Made by a program: the position numbers and the translations under genes. From Eledone cirrhosa (Eukaryota), in the NCBI GenBank assembly GCA_964016885.1, contig OZ024741.1, forward strand, positions 160,456,001 through 160,520,000: a stretch of DNA of 64,000 nt, written 5' to 3'. The notes below the pieces were generated by a model that saw only the letters and a program-made list of their open reading frames with translations, had not been told where the DNA came from and ran no database searches. Positions 28,620 through 41,402 of this stretch are shown piece after piece (the first letter of the stretch is position 1; each line of letters begins with the position of its first letter).

Positions 28620-29452
28620 GGATTGTTTGAGGGAGGAAAAACTACATCTCTATCAATGGCCTGGCCGTTTCCCCGGTATCGGACAAGGACTGCTATAGAT
28701 ACTTGGGGATAGATGAAAATATATCCTCTGATGGTATTTGTAACAAGGAACGTGTAACCAGGGAATGTAACACCTGAATAAGAAACCTATGATCTTCTGG
28801 ACGCTCTGCACACAATAACTCAGTGGCCCACAATGTGTTTGCTGTGCCTGTGCTAACACCAACATTTTGAATACTTGATTGGACGCTAGATGAAATCCTA
28901 GCCATCGATGTTAAAACCCGAAAAATCCTAACTGACAATAGTGGCATAGATCGCCTCTACCTAAAACGTAAACAGAGAAGCAAAGGTTTAGCATCAGTCC
29001 AGACAGCCTTTGAGTATCGCATATCCCTCCAACATCTACGAACCGCCAAGAGCCCATTTATAGAGAAAGTCTCTCTACGTGAGACAAATGGTAACATGAG
29101 AGTTGGGAAGGAGATCTTTGAGAAATACGCCCTGCTTAATAACCAAAAACTTACATCCAGGAAAATTGTCTAGCAATACCGCAATGAATCCATGGATTGG
29201 ATAAAAAAGTGCATGCTTATCAGCAAAAAATCATGCATGGCTATGTTACCAGGAACCTCCAAAGTGAGAGTAATATAGATAAGCAAACACACACACACAC
29301 ACACACACGTATTTAACTAGTTGCTGTTGTCAAAATTCTAATGAAAGAGTCTTGTGTCTATGCTAAAAAAAACCTCTATCTCTCTCTCACAAACACTATC
29401 TCTCTCTCTCTCTATTGGTGAAAATTTATAAAATAATAAAACGGGAAGAACG
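28617..29452 (+). pseudogene. Decayed R4/Dong-like RT thumb region + 3' terminus
   Basis: YRYLGIDEN, NVFAVPVLTPTF, IDVKTRKILT, IDRLYLKRK..GL, with stops. The 3' end resembles 27530-27635. Confidence 0.75.
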
Positions 29453-29601
29453 TTAATATATAAGTACATAATAAGTACAGGAATTCTGAAGCAATTTAAG
29501 ACATTTTTATTTGTTTTAAACCTATCATAACGCTATTATGATGTTTGGATGTTATTCTCAAGGTAATTTCTATTATTCTCCTTTAATTTATGTGTTTTAA
29601 A

Positions 29602-29735
29602 TGTCTCTGATGATACAAATGAGATGTAAAATATGGATTATTTGGTTTTATGCTTGTATTTTACTATATGGATTTACTCCTATATACTATTTACTGTATT
29701 CTCCGCATTTCATTTGTTGAAAACCGTGTAAAACA
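29602..29735 (+). ncRNA. Hammerhead-like motif with about 105-nt stem II insertion
   Basis: TGTCT-CTGATGA-T-ACAAATGAGATG...CATTTCATTTGT-T-GAAA-ACCGTG-TA-AAACA. The base of stem II pairs over 12 bp. Confidence 0.55.
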
Positions 29736-29761
29736 AATAGAAATATCATAAATAATTTCTT

Positions 29762-30885
29762 AGCAGGTGTGGAGGAGGGCTTCTAATTACAAAGTCGGCG
29801 GATGATCTGCCAGAACAATTTATATTTGCTGATCTGAAGTCGGATTCCAGCTTAACATCAAAGTCCTCCCATGTCTTAACTTTGGACGCCTTTACTGTCT
29901 CTGCTGCGATTTTTCGTGCAAGGAGGATTTATTTCCAAGCCATGCTTTGTAGGCTTCCTTCTCGACTCGGATGGCAGCTTTGACTTCTTTATTGAACCAA
30001 GGGGTCTTCTTGCCGTCCGACCCCACACCAAGCCTCTTTCGCCCAAAGCATTTAAAAACTGAAGCAGAAACTACGGATCTGAACAATCTCCACTCTTTCT
30101 CAACGTCCTCAGTTTCTTCAAAGAGTTCTCTGAATTTGGATGCAATAGAATCTGCATACCTGGTCCTGACTTCCTTATCCACCAACGCTTCCCACTTCTC
30201 TGTACTAGGTATTCACAATAGAGAGTCCTTTGCTAGAACAGAAGTCTAATAAGGCCTCTCCATTCGTATTTAGATCGTGGTGGCCATTCCTTTCAATCAC
30301 TCCTTCTCCATGTCAGGTGGTTAGTGCTACGAAAACTGAGACACTCGTCCTCTCAAGGAAGACTGCACAGTGCACTCTACATGTGAAGGAGTTCCACTGT
30401 AGCAGGCAAAAGGTTCAAGTATCTCGGGGTCGTGTTCATGAGTGGTGGAAGGCAGGAAGCTGAAATAAGTGAAAGAATTGTAAGAGCTTGAGCAGTAATG
30501 CGCCAGGTTCAGCAATCAGTAATTAGAAGAAGTGGGAGGTAGACGTAAAAACCAAAATCTCAATCTTCAATTCGGTATTCGTACCAGCCGTTACCTATGT
30601 TCATGAATCTTGGGTAATGACCAAAAAAGAATTTCGATCGCGAATACAAGCAGCCGAAATTGGGTTCCTCTAAAGGATCTTTGAAGTAACGTTACTCGAT
30701 AGAGTGTGCAGCTTGAAGATCAGAGAGTAGCTCCAGGTAGAGCCGCTAATTTTCCAAATTGAGAGATCACAGCTCCGATACTGTGGGCATGTGGTTAGAA
30801 TGTCTCTGGAAAGAATCGCTGGACAGATTTTACGGGCAAACTCAACCGGCAGGAGACCCAGGGGTAGACCCCGAGCAAGAAGAAG
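29762..30885. pseudogene. RTE-clade LINE fragment with 5' inversion
   Basis: Minus 29762-30200 reads TPWFNKEVKAAI. Plus 30320-30885 reads [35 protein letters not shown], followed by (GAA)n. Confidence 0.8.
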
Positions 30886-31077
30886 AAGAAGAAGAAGAAG
30901 AAGAGGGGGGTAAATCATTTCGGAATTCCTGGAGTTATTTAAATGTTCTGTGTACTTACGCTCATAAAATAACCGGGAATAGATGTCTTCTAATTGCTGA
31001 ATCACATTGAGGTTGAAAAATCTCTTGTCATAACGTTGCCAACGTGATCCTCCCACCAATATATGTATATACATATG

Positions 31078-31128
<51 letters not shown>

Positions 31129-31195
31129 CCTGGCACAGGTGTAGACATTGGTAATGGTAAAATTTATAAAGTCATATCGATACGGTAATAGATAA

Positions 31196-31274
<79 letters not shown>

Positions 31275-31328
31275 CGTGGGAAAGTAAAAAATCGGAGAAT
31301 AGACCGTTAAAACATGTTTATTTAAAAT

Positions 31329-31371
31329 ATCACCTACGTACGTTTCGCCCAGTTGGGCTTCTCAAGGGCAT
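31329..31371 (-). ncRNA. Minimal hammerhead-like motif with U3-A8 core
   Basis: CC-TTGAGAA-GCCC-AACT-GGGC-GAAA-CGTACG-TA-GG; weak stem I. Confidence 0.5.
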
Positions 31372-31501
31372 AAATAATCACAAGTGTTCCTTATATAGTT
31401 CGGAAAGAGTTTGGGGGTTAAATCTACATCAAGATTCATTGGTCGCAAAAATATCTTGTTTTGATTTTGCAGCAGGTCATATATATATATATGTATGTAT
31501 G

Positions 31502-31562
<61 letters not shown>

Positions 31563-31631
31563 GTAAGTTATTCCGGGTTGAATCGGAGATATATATATAT
31601 ATGTATATTTATGTATGTGTGTGTGTGTGTA

Positions 31632-31726
<95 letters not shown>

Positions 31727-31734
31727 ATATATAT

Positions 31735-32034
31735 ACGGTCTGCTTCTCTGACCGCTCATGAAATTCACCCAGATTATGCTGATCGGATAACTATCATGTG
31801 GCTTGCTGTTTTCCAACCTTCGGTTTACTTTTCCTCTGTTGTTTACTTGTCTCACTCGCTTTACGCGTTTCACTTGTCCCAATAGCTTATTTTAGTTATT
31901 GCTCGCACCAACCTGAGGTATCTGATTTTTAATGCGATGAAATACCAATGATGGTTGGCAAAATCACTGATGAGGGGCTAATTTTATAATATGTAATCCA
32001 TGTGCAACCATGCAGTATTCTTCTTCCCCTTGTT

Positions 32035-32040
<6 letters not shown>
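31735..32040 (+). repeat. Unclassified repeat of about 300 bp, second copy inverted at about 36645-36990
   Basis: Shared ACCTGAGGTATCTGATTTTTAATG..GATGAAATACCAATGATGGTTGG block. Confidence 0.65.
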
Positions 32041-32082
<42 letters not shown>

Positions 32083-32582
32083 GTGTATGTATATATATAT
32101 GTGTGTGTGTGTGTGTGGGTGCGTGCGTGCGTGTGTATGTGAATGTGTCTATTAACACTTGGAATATAGCTTAAGAGAAATATGACAATAATGATTTAAT
32201 AGGCACTCAATATTTTGAACTGGTTTATAGAAATCTCTTGGCCTTTGTCACTCTAAGTAGAGCTTTAAAGAATTAGCTTTTAAAGAATTTCCCTTTTCTT
32301 TAAATCCATCAACGATGACCGACCGCCAACCATCTTATACACCTGAAATATAGGCATTGTTAGCTTAAGAGAAACTTAAAAATAAGAAGTGGCACCCCAT
32401 TCTGAACTTGTTTATAGAATTCTTTCTGCTCTTATCACTCTAAATATAAATTATAGCTTTAAAGAATTAGCTTTTAATGAATTCCCTTTTCTTTCAACCA
32501 ATGACCTCCACCCATCCCACTCCCCACCCTCTCCTACCACCTGAAAAGATATAAATACCACAACATTTATTTTTGGAAAGCC

Positions 32583-32634
32583 AGATTCCTGATGATTTTT
32601 TAAAGAATGAAACAGTTCTAGTCCTGTAGAATCT
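32583..32634 (+). ncRNA. Type I hammerhead ribozyme (weak stem II)
   Basis: AGATTC-CTGATGA-TTTTTTAAAGAAT-GAAA-CAG-TTCTAGTC-CTG-TA-GAATCT. The host repeat 32200-32650 also occurs at 15575-15900 (minus) and 14670-14790. Confidence 0.65.
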
Positions 32635-32710
32635 CATCTATATTAAAACTTATATATATAGAGAGAGAGAGAATTCACATGAATCAAAGTTCTGTTCAAA
32701 CCATTTATTA

Positions 32711-32755
32711 GCTTACAATTGTTTCATGCAAACCGAGGTTTGGTGTCTTCGGAGC
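32711..32755 (-). ncRNA. Hammerhead-like motif with CCGAAGA core
   Basis: GCT-CCGAAGA-CACCAAACC-TC-GGTTTGCAT-GAAA-CAATTG-TA-AGC. Confidence 0.45.
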
Positions 32756-33623
32756 ATTATTTAATGTTTGTATACATTCATGACCTCCTTTCCAACACAA
32801 GAGACATACAGATACATATGTATATATTGATGCACAGTGGGGTGATATCCATTACAATATTTTTGCATGGCAATTTAAATTCAAAAATTAAAATCATACT
32901 AAAACAGAATAAAAGAAAATTAAAGTTAAAATACAACATCGGCAGTTAATGCAAGAGGATAGTTTGTTAGTCAGTTGTAGTAGTTATTGCATGCAATAGT
33001 TACACGTGGGGCATGCACGTGTGTCTTATTTATATATGATTATTGTGCGGCAGGGTGTTATATGTAATACAAGCACTTTAAGCGGGTAATCAAGAGTATT
33101 ATGGAGGTTGTAGTGGTAAAGTATTTTTTGTGTATGATAAAGAATCTTGTGTGTGCAGAGAAATATTATAAATGAGAAGCAAAATAATGTTATGGTTTTT
33201 GTATACACCACCATTTTCACAATTCAGGAAACGTAATATATTGTCCTTCACATAATTAACGAAGATTCAGTATTGGATGTTTGATGTATTAAGTTAAATT
33301 ATTACAGCTTGTTGCGGCTCAGTGTTCTTTAATCCAATTTTATAGAGCAGGTTGTTTTTGTTGCGAGAATTTACATCGTTTTATTTTCCGGAAGTATATG
33401 TGTAATTAACAAAAACAACCTGCTCTATAAATTTGGTTATTACATTGAGCTATTTATCTTACTGGTAATAAGGTAGTAATAAATTACTGTCTTTCACTGT
33501 TTAGGGTTTAAAATATATATAACTATAAAAAGTTTTAGTATATACATAACCATAAATAGTATCCTTAATACCATATATATATATATATATATATATGTGT
33601 GCGTGTGTGTGTGTGTATACATT

Positions 33624-33664
<41 letters not shown>

Positions 33665-33673
<9 letters not shown>

Positions 33674-34580
33674 TACAAATATTAATAAAATAGATGTTCT
33701 TTTGATCAATTACATTTTATTATACATATTTCGGATGTACAACAGTACGTCCTCATCAGACAAAATATAATGATACATGACATACCCTGAGATGTTAAAT
33801 GGTTAAGATTTAATCAACCTAAGAGAAAATTTAACATTTATACCCTAATTATGAGAAAATGCGAAAACGTAATAAATTCCATAGAGGATGTTTGAGTAAG
33901 AAAAACGTTGCTTAATGTAACAGTCATAGAGATTTTAAAATGTATGATACTACAATTTATCTATGAAAACATCTCATGAATCATAACAGCCAGTGATAAC
34001 CCCTGGAAAAGGATTAATAGAGAGGGAAAGATAAGGGGTGGGTGGGGGGTGAATATGCAGAAGGAGATTTTTCCCGAAAGTTAAACGGTTAATTTTGAAA
34101 ATATTTAATTTATAATTTTAGGGTGAAGAATCAAGATTTCGGGGTTTTTTGCTGGTTATTTATATATCAGTTTTATAAATTCTATAAGTGTATTAACATT
34201 TCTAAGCTTTATGAAGGATTTAGCTGGCACATCAAGAATGAAATTTTATACTGTTGATTATTTTTCTAAATTTAAACTTTAACAAAGATACCAACATATT
34301 AGGTTGATTAAATCTTAACCATTTAACATCTCAGGGTATGTCATGTATCATTATATTTTGTCTGATGAGGACGTACTGTTGTACATCCGAAATATGTATA
34401 ATAAAATGTAATTGATCAAAAGAACATCTATTTTATCAATATTTGTATTTTAATATTAATAACTCTAATTCTGCAAATCTGACATTTATAACTCCGGAAA
34501 ATTATTTTTTTGTAGAGTGCTTCCAATCTAATGTAAAACTCATTCCTTGACATACTCATTGAATATTGTTTAACACTTTA
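33665..34580 (+). mobile_element. Fold-back PLE-like remnant: 158-bp arms, 476-bp spacer, tail
   Basis: 33665-33822 is the reverse complement of 34299-34456. Tail at 34457-34580; flanked by (TA)n. Confidence 0.8.
34354..34408 (+). ncRNA. Type I minimal hammerhead ribozyme (mirror at 33713-33767)
   Basis: TATTTTGT-CTGATGA-GGACGTAC-TGTT-GTACATCC-GAAA-TATGTA-TA-ATAAAATG. Confidence 0.85.
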
Positions 34581-35636
34581 ATATATATATATATATAATA
34601 CCGTATCGATATGACTTTATAAATTTTACCATTACCAATATGTCTATGTTTTTATTGTATTTCGGTTTGATTGGAAGAGGTTAATTTCATATAGAGACGC
34701 CATATTTGAAAATGTCTGATAGAAAATCTTTAAAACTGAAGTGTCATACAGACGTGTTATGGCAGTATTAGATTCTCGAATTGACAGCATAATAAATACA
34801 TAGGCGGAATACGAAGGCGAAATACATCCCAAAGAAGGAAGCGGAGCAACAGATTAGATTAACAGATTTGCAGAATTGGATTTTCGAGCAAACCAATTCC
34901 ATTTCGTTTCGGCATATTCGAATAGGTCATAGAAATCAGCTTCATACAATTTTCATTCGGAATGATAGGAAGGTGTGAAGTAAGAAACGAGCAGGAGACA
35001 TGCGTAAGGTTGAGTTGCTATTTGTTTTCTTATTCTTTTTTTTTTTTGTATTTGCTTTTGCTTCTGAGTGTAACCATCATGGCTGTAGGAGAAAATCTCT
35101 CCCAGAAATTTCACTATACTGTCTTTTCTCAAAGCTGTTTGCTTTATTTCCAAGCACGGTGTGTCGCAAGAGTGCGATTATTTCGTCTCTGACTTTATCT
35201 ATGAATTTTATCTTTCACAACAAGACCTACGGCTACTTTTAACACTTCGTCTTCGTCATTTACCGTTAATTTCTGCCATTTTGTCTCCATGGGTAATGTG
35301 TGTGTACGCACGCATGATCGGCACGGGTCTGTGTGTGTGTGCGCGTGTGTGAATTGTTGTGCGTACAGGAAATTGATTTATAATGCAGACACACACACAT
35401 ATATATAGAGAGAGAGTGATAGACAGATAGATAGATAAATAGATATGTATAAATGCATATATATTTATATACATATATATACATACGTACATATATATGT
35501 GTATATATATATACATACACACACAAATACATATATATGCACATATATATATATATGTATATATATATACATATTATACATATATATATATACATATATA
35601 TACATATATATATATATACATACACACACGCACACG

Positions 35637-35691
<55 letters not shown>

Positions 35692-36426
35692 CCTGCCCCC
35701 AAGTCGCACGTTGACGACCAGCACCAACACCACCCTCGACACCACCACCACCACCACAGTTCTCACATATAGTGTCAAATGGAAAAGATATACTAACACT
35801 CAAGATTTACCGTCCTCACAATAGTCCTACTTATTCTGGCTTACAAATAGTTCCACTCTGTTCACAGATCAGAGCCAGTGCTTTTGATTTGGCTCTGATG
35901 GAATCAGTTATATATGGCTCTACTCTCTTTCTTTCTTTTATATTTCCTTTATATTTCTTTTTTTCCACTTTTTCGTTCTTTCCGCCTTTCTCTGTCTACA
36001 GCAATGAAGTACCAGATATTTCACTGGGTCAGGAATGTTCCTTAATCAGAAAGAGAAAAGAAAAGTTTTCGGTTAAAAAATGTCTTCTTATCTCAAACGA
36101 GAAGTCAACCTCCAAAATGTCAAATGCATTTTCTTATATAAATCCCTCAAAATTCTACTTTATATTCTTTATTCGAGGGTCGATGGAACGTAATGCATCA
36201 GCCATGTACTAGGGACCATATAATCAAGTATATTCCTCTCTCTCTCGCTCTCTCTCAGTGCTCCCTGTCTCTTTCTGTCTCTCTCTCACTCTCCCCCTCC
36301 CACACACGTTGAACATTTATTAGAAAACATCATCATCATCATTGTCATCATTCTCACTGCTATAATAAGTAACAGCGGCAGCAGTATCAAACAGGCATTG
36401 TATATACATATAACTATATATATAAT

Positions 36427-36588
<162 letters not shown>

Positions 36589-36598
36589 TCAATATCTA

Positions 36599-36643
<45 letters not shown>

Positions 36644-37204
36644 AAACATGAGAAGAAAGAAGAATACTGCGTGGTTTGCACATGGGTTACATATGATAAA
36701 AATAGTCCTTCGTCAGTGATTTTCCAACCATCATTGGTATTTCATCTCATTAAAAATCAGATACCTCAGGTTAGGGCGAGCAATAACTAAAAAAAGTTAT
36801 TGGGACCAGAATTCGCGTAAGGCGAGGGGGACAAGTAAACAACATAGAAGGATAAAAGCAAACCGAAGATAGGAAAATAAACAAGCAACATGTTTGTCCG
36901 GTCAGCATAAGCTGGGTGGATTTCATGAGCGAGAGGAGTACAGACCGTGTTGATGTGTGTGAGATGTGAGCAAGAAGAGACCCACACAAGCCAAACGGGA
37001 GGAAGTGAGAAGGGGAGAAACAGAGAGTGAGTGAGTGGAAGTGTGAGGAAGAGGTCAGTCGAGAGAAAGTGTAACTGGCAGAGGGGGCGAAAGAAGGTGA
37101 GAGAAACAGAGAGAGCGGGGAAGCAGTAAGAGAGAAACAGACAAACGCATATATATATATTACTTCAAAATATTAATAAATATAGACATTCATGTGATCA
37201 AATA

Positions 37205-37270
37205 TATTTTATTATATATATTTCAGAGGTACTGTGCTGTTTCCTCAGTACGTCCTCATCAGATAAAATA
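37205..37270 (-). ncRNA. Type I minimal hammerhead ribozyme
   Basis: TATTTTAT-CTGATGA-GGACGTACTG..CAGTACCTCT-GAAA-TATATA-TA-ATAAAATA. Confidence 0.8.
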
Positions 37271-37339
37271 AATTGATGTCTGACATACCTCAACTGTGCT
37301 GATGGTTCAATTCCAGTCTTGGCAGTAATATTTATCATT

Positions 37340-37370
<31 letters not shown>

Positions 37371-37522
37371 ATGTTGAAACGGTAACACACCAGAGAGAGA
37401 GATATAGCGCGTTATCAATAATACAGGGAAAAAACCACCAGTGTATGGAATATCGTGATATATATATATATATTTAAATAAATATGTATGTATACATTTA
37501 TATATATATATATACATACATG

Positions 37523-37599
<77 letters not shown>

Positions 37600-37787
37600 A
37601 GTTAATATGCCCATGGGTACTAAGTACCCCTAGAAATATATAGGTTGTCTATGATTTAAGGTTGTTCTATGGTATTAATTTGACATACCAGAACTATAAT
37701 ATTAAGATAAGCAGAACAAGCAAAATTCAACCAATTTTTTAAAAATAAATTTTAAAATATAATTTAAATATTTACCTATTCTTTTGG

Positions 37788-37866
37788 CCCTTACCGATCG
37801 GTTTCGCTTTGTAAAACACCAGAAATCCAATGGATTTCTAATGGAAAATCAAAGTTCATCAGAGAA
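37788..37866 (-). ncRNA. Hammerhead with extended stem II inside a fold-back unit (arms 37701-37731 / 37977-38009)
   Basis: TTCT-CTGATGA-ACTTTG..CATTAGAAATCC-ATT-GGATTTCTGGTG..CAAAGC-GAAA-CCGATCGG-TA-AGGG. Confidence 0.65.
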
Positions 37867-38019
37867 GCATTTTCCTTTCCTAGGGCTAAAGACCCAGGAA
37901 CGATAAAATATATTGTTATCCGCCAGCAAGCACGGATCTAAAAGGTCGAAAAATGACCCGTACGTGAACTGCCCGAGTTGAATTTTGCTTGTTCTGCTTA
38001 TCTTAATATATATATATAT

Positions 38020-38073
<54 letters not shown>

Positions 38074-38307
38074 TTCTTTATTAGCCACAAGGGCGCAACA
38101 AGAAAGGGGACAATACAAAGACATGCCGGGGATTTTACATGCAGTCGTGTAAAAAATATAAAAAACAAACAATTTCAACAATCGAAATCCCCAATAGGGG
38201 GGAGGCACCACAAATGGGTTGTTTAATACCCCGTCGATAGAACAACCCTCAACTCCAGGAGCGTGTTGTGCAAGTGCTCCTTTCTTCCTTTTGCTCTCTT
38301 CCTCAAC

Positions 38308-41300
38308 CTACAGGCTTATAAACAGAGAAGGCCCAATCACTCGGGCCATTTTCGCTCAATTCACCCACCTTTCAGTAAATTTACTGGGGTGCAGTGCCTC
38401 TCTCTCCACCCTGATTCTCCTTCTAAAGTGATACTTAAAGAAGGGAATCAATTGTTGTCCGGAGAGAAAGTCATCTGTCCTCAGTCCTCTCAACCTCGTC
38501 CACCATATAACTTCTTTTACCATAGCCACCGTACAGAGGAAAACCGCCTCTCTTTCGTTTTTGAAAGAGGCTGGCGGTTTGATCCTTACTATGGACTCGG
38601 CAGTCAACTGGATTTGTCCCATACGCGACAGCAGTTGTTCTGCATAGTTCCACAGGTCGCTTACGCCCGGGCAGTGTACAATTGCGTGCAGAACTGTTTC
38701 AATGTCCTGCGCACATCTTGGACACGTCCTCTTGGAAGGATCCCTGCCAGGGCGTCCGTGGCTGTAGATCTTGGGCGGAAAGTCCTACCAAACAGACTGG
38801 TGCGCTCATCGTCTTCGACGCCCAGAGTCTCTCCGAGCACGTCGTCGCCCTTATAACGTACAATCCCTCTATAGAATGTCGAAGTAGAGTCTCCACTGAT
38901 TGCTGCGCCCGCTTGCCAGAGGACTATGAGCGCCTGAGCGCATTCAATGTGCCAGGCGCCCATCGTTTTCGGTCTTTTCTTCACCCAGGACTGCAGCTCC
39001 GTTAGCGAGACGAGCTGTGGGAAAGCCTGTCTCACAAACGGTGCCCACACCGGTTGGGGGTCGGTGAGGAATACCTGGAGATGCCGCAGCCTCAGCGCAT
39101 GTTTGCGCATCATCAGCCACGGCATTCCCAGCCCTCCGTTGGAAGGGTGCTGACAGCAGACGGATCTCCTCACCAGCGGAGCCTGCTTCTTCCACAGAAA
39201 CTGGAAGAGCATGCGTTCCATCTTGGCGAGGTGTTCACGGGGACAAGGCACGACAGTCAAGCGGTAGTAGATGACGGACGCTATGAAAGTGTTCGCCACC
39301 TCCGCTCGACCTTTCAAGGACAGTTTGCACTCTGCCCACTTCTGAGTGAGTGCAAACACCTTGGCCGTGACCTCGTTCCAGTTTTTCTCCACCTGGAGGT
39401 CTGGACCGAACCAGACCCCGAGCAATTTCACCGGTCCGTCCGTCCAGCGTCCAACGACGCTGTCGGATGTCATCGGTTTGCCTCTCCACGTACCGAGTTG
39501 CAAACCGACAGACTTGTCTGGGTTTAGTTTTGCTCCCGTCAGCGTTTCGTATTCTTTCAGTAAGTTGCCGATCAACCCGATTTCCGAGGTGCTCGACACC
39601 ATTACCGTTACGTCGTCGGCATAAGCCGACGCCGCTTTGCGCAGTCCCAGTTCTAGGGGGATGCCCTGCAACAGCTCCAATTTCCGCAGTAGTGGCTCTA
39701 GAGTCAATAAATACAGAATGGAGGAGAGAGGGCACCCCTGTCGAATGGAACGCGTGATTGCGAACGACTCTGATAGGTAGCCGTTCACCTTGACCCTCGA
39801 GCAGATGCTGGTGTGCATTGCCTCGATCCATCCTCTGAACACGGGACCGAAACCGGCCGCCTTGAGAACCGCTTCCAAGTATCGATGGTCGACCCTATCG
39901 AATGCCTTAGACTGATCCAAGTTGATCAGAGACCCACCGAAGCCGGGTTTACTACCCACCCTCTCTATGATGTATCGCATGAGGTGGAGGTTGTCGTGTA
40001 TGGACCTGGTCGGGATTGCATAAGTTTGCGCTTTCCCTACCAGGTTCTCGACGACAAGCGCCAGCCTCGTCGCTAGCACCTTGGCCAAAATCTTTAACTC
40101 TGTGTTGAGCAGAGTTATGGGCCTGAAGTTGTTAATTTCGTCCCCCTTGTTCTCGTCTTTCCTGATCAGCGTTACTACGCCCTTGCCTGCAGAACTGGGA
40201 ATTCTCCCGTTCTGCTGCCAATTGCAGTAGACGGCTTCGAGGACGCCAGAGAACAAGTCCGGCATGCCTATGTAAAATTCGTAGGGTAGACCATCTAGAC
40301 CGGGTGACTTGCGTTTCCCGCAGCGGCCAGAGCGTCCCGTATCTCAGTGTCCGTATCTCAGTGCCGTTATCGACGCTAACACTCTAGCCGCGTTGCCACT
40401 TCTAAGTGCCTCCTCTACCTTGGCTACTAGTTCTCTTTCTATTCTGTTTTTCTCTAAGGCTAACTCTCTGCTATACCCTATCGATTCTATTCTAATTGCT
40501 TTCTTGAGAGAGTGCCACCATCTATTGTTGACGATGGCTCCCGTTAACTGTTGCTTGACTAGTCTACTTATCCGTTCACTGTAAGCTTTACGTGCCGGCA
40601 ACGACACGTTCAGCTTCCAGTATCCGGAACCCTGTCTATGTATTCTATCACGGTTGACTAAGCAGACGACTAACTTGTGATCTGAATAGGCAACCATGTG
40701 CATTCGTGGACAGCTTAACATCTCCTTGTCCCTTTCTCTAATGAAGAACCTATCTAAATACGATCTAGATGTCCCACTGCGGTTTACCCACGTCCACTGT
40801 GGTGCAGTCGGGAAATCCAGTCGAAACCTATCGGCCAGTTGGAATTGGCCGATTAAAGTTTTGAGGCTGTTTCACCCCGCTCTACTGGGACATGCTCCCA
40901 CATAGTCCCATCGTGCATCTAGGATACCATTCCAGTCCCCCACTAAAAGTAAGGGGCGAGACGTTCCCAGAAAAGACTCTAGACGCTTAAAGAAGTCTGG
41001 CCGTGATTGCGATTGCCCGGTCGGGGCATAAACGGCCACCAGTCTGAAGGCTCCACCTCCGATACTGTTCACGTCTAGGACTACCAGTCTACCCTCCGGG
41101 TCCAAGTGTACTTGCTGTACTCCGACGTCCAGGTTCTTCCGAAACATAACAGCCACTCCACCTCCAGGCTGACAGAGAGATGCGTAGATCTCAAAGTCGT
41201 CGAAGATGGGGGTTAGTTGCTGCCTGTTGTGGATGGATCCTGGACTCGGTGATGGCTATCACATCCATACTGTGTGACCTAAGGTCGTTTAAAAGTTGGC

Positions 41301-41361
41301 CCTGTTTCCAGGACATCCCTAGGCCACGCACATCCACGGTTCCAACTCGTAAACCAGCCAT
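38308..41361 (-). pseudogene. Tx1 ORF2 (APE + RT + C-terminal zinc-binding region), frameshifts and internal deletions
   Basis: LVGDWN, SDH, YWKLN, SPGLDGLP, NFRPITLLN, LDQSKAFDRVDH, RQGCPLS, YADD. Confidence 0.9.
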
Positions 41362-41402
41362 GTTGGTGAAGAAAAGTTAGAGAAAAAGGACGAAAGGTGC
41401 AC

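Noticed and set aside
31909-31958. CCAAC-CTGAGGT-ATC..GAT-GAAA..GTTGG hammerhead-like fold (second copy near 36722-36775)
   Set aside because: Core position 9 and the NUH triplet deviate in both copies; not counted.
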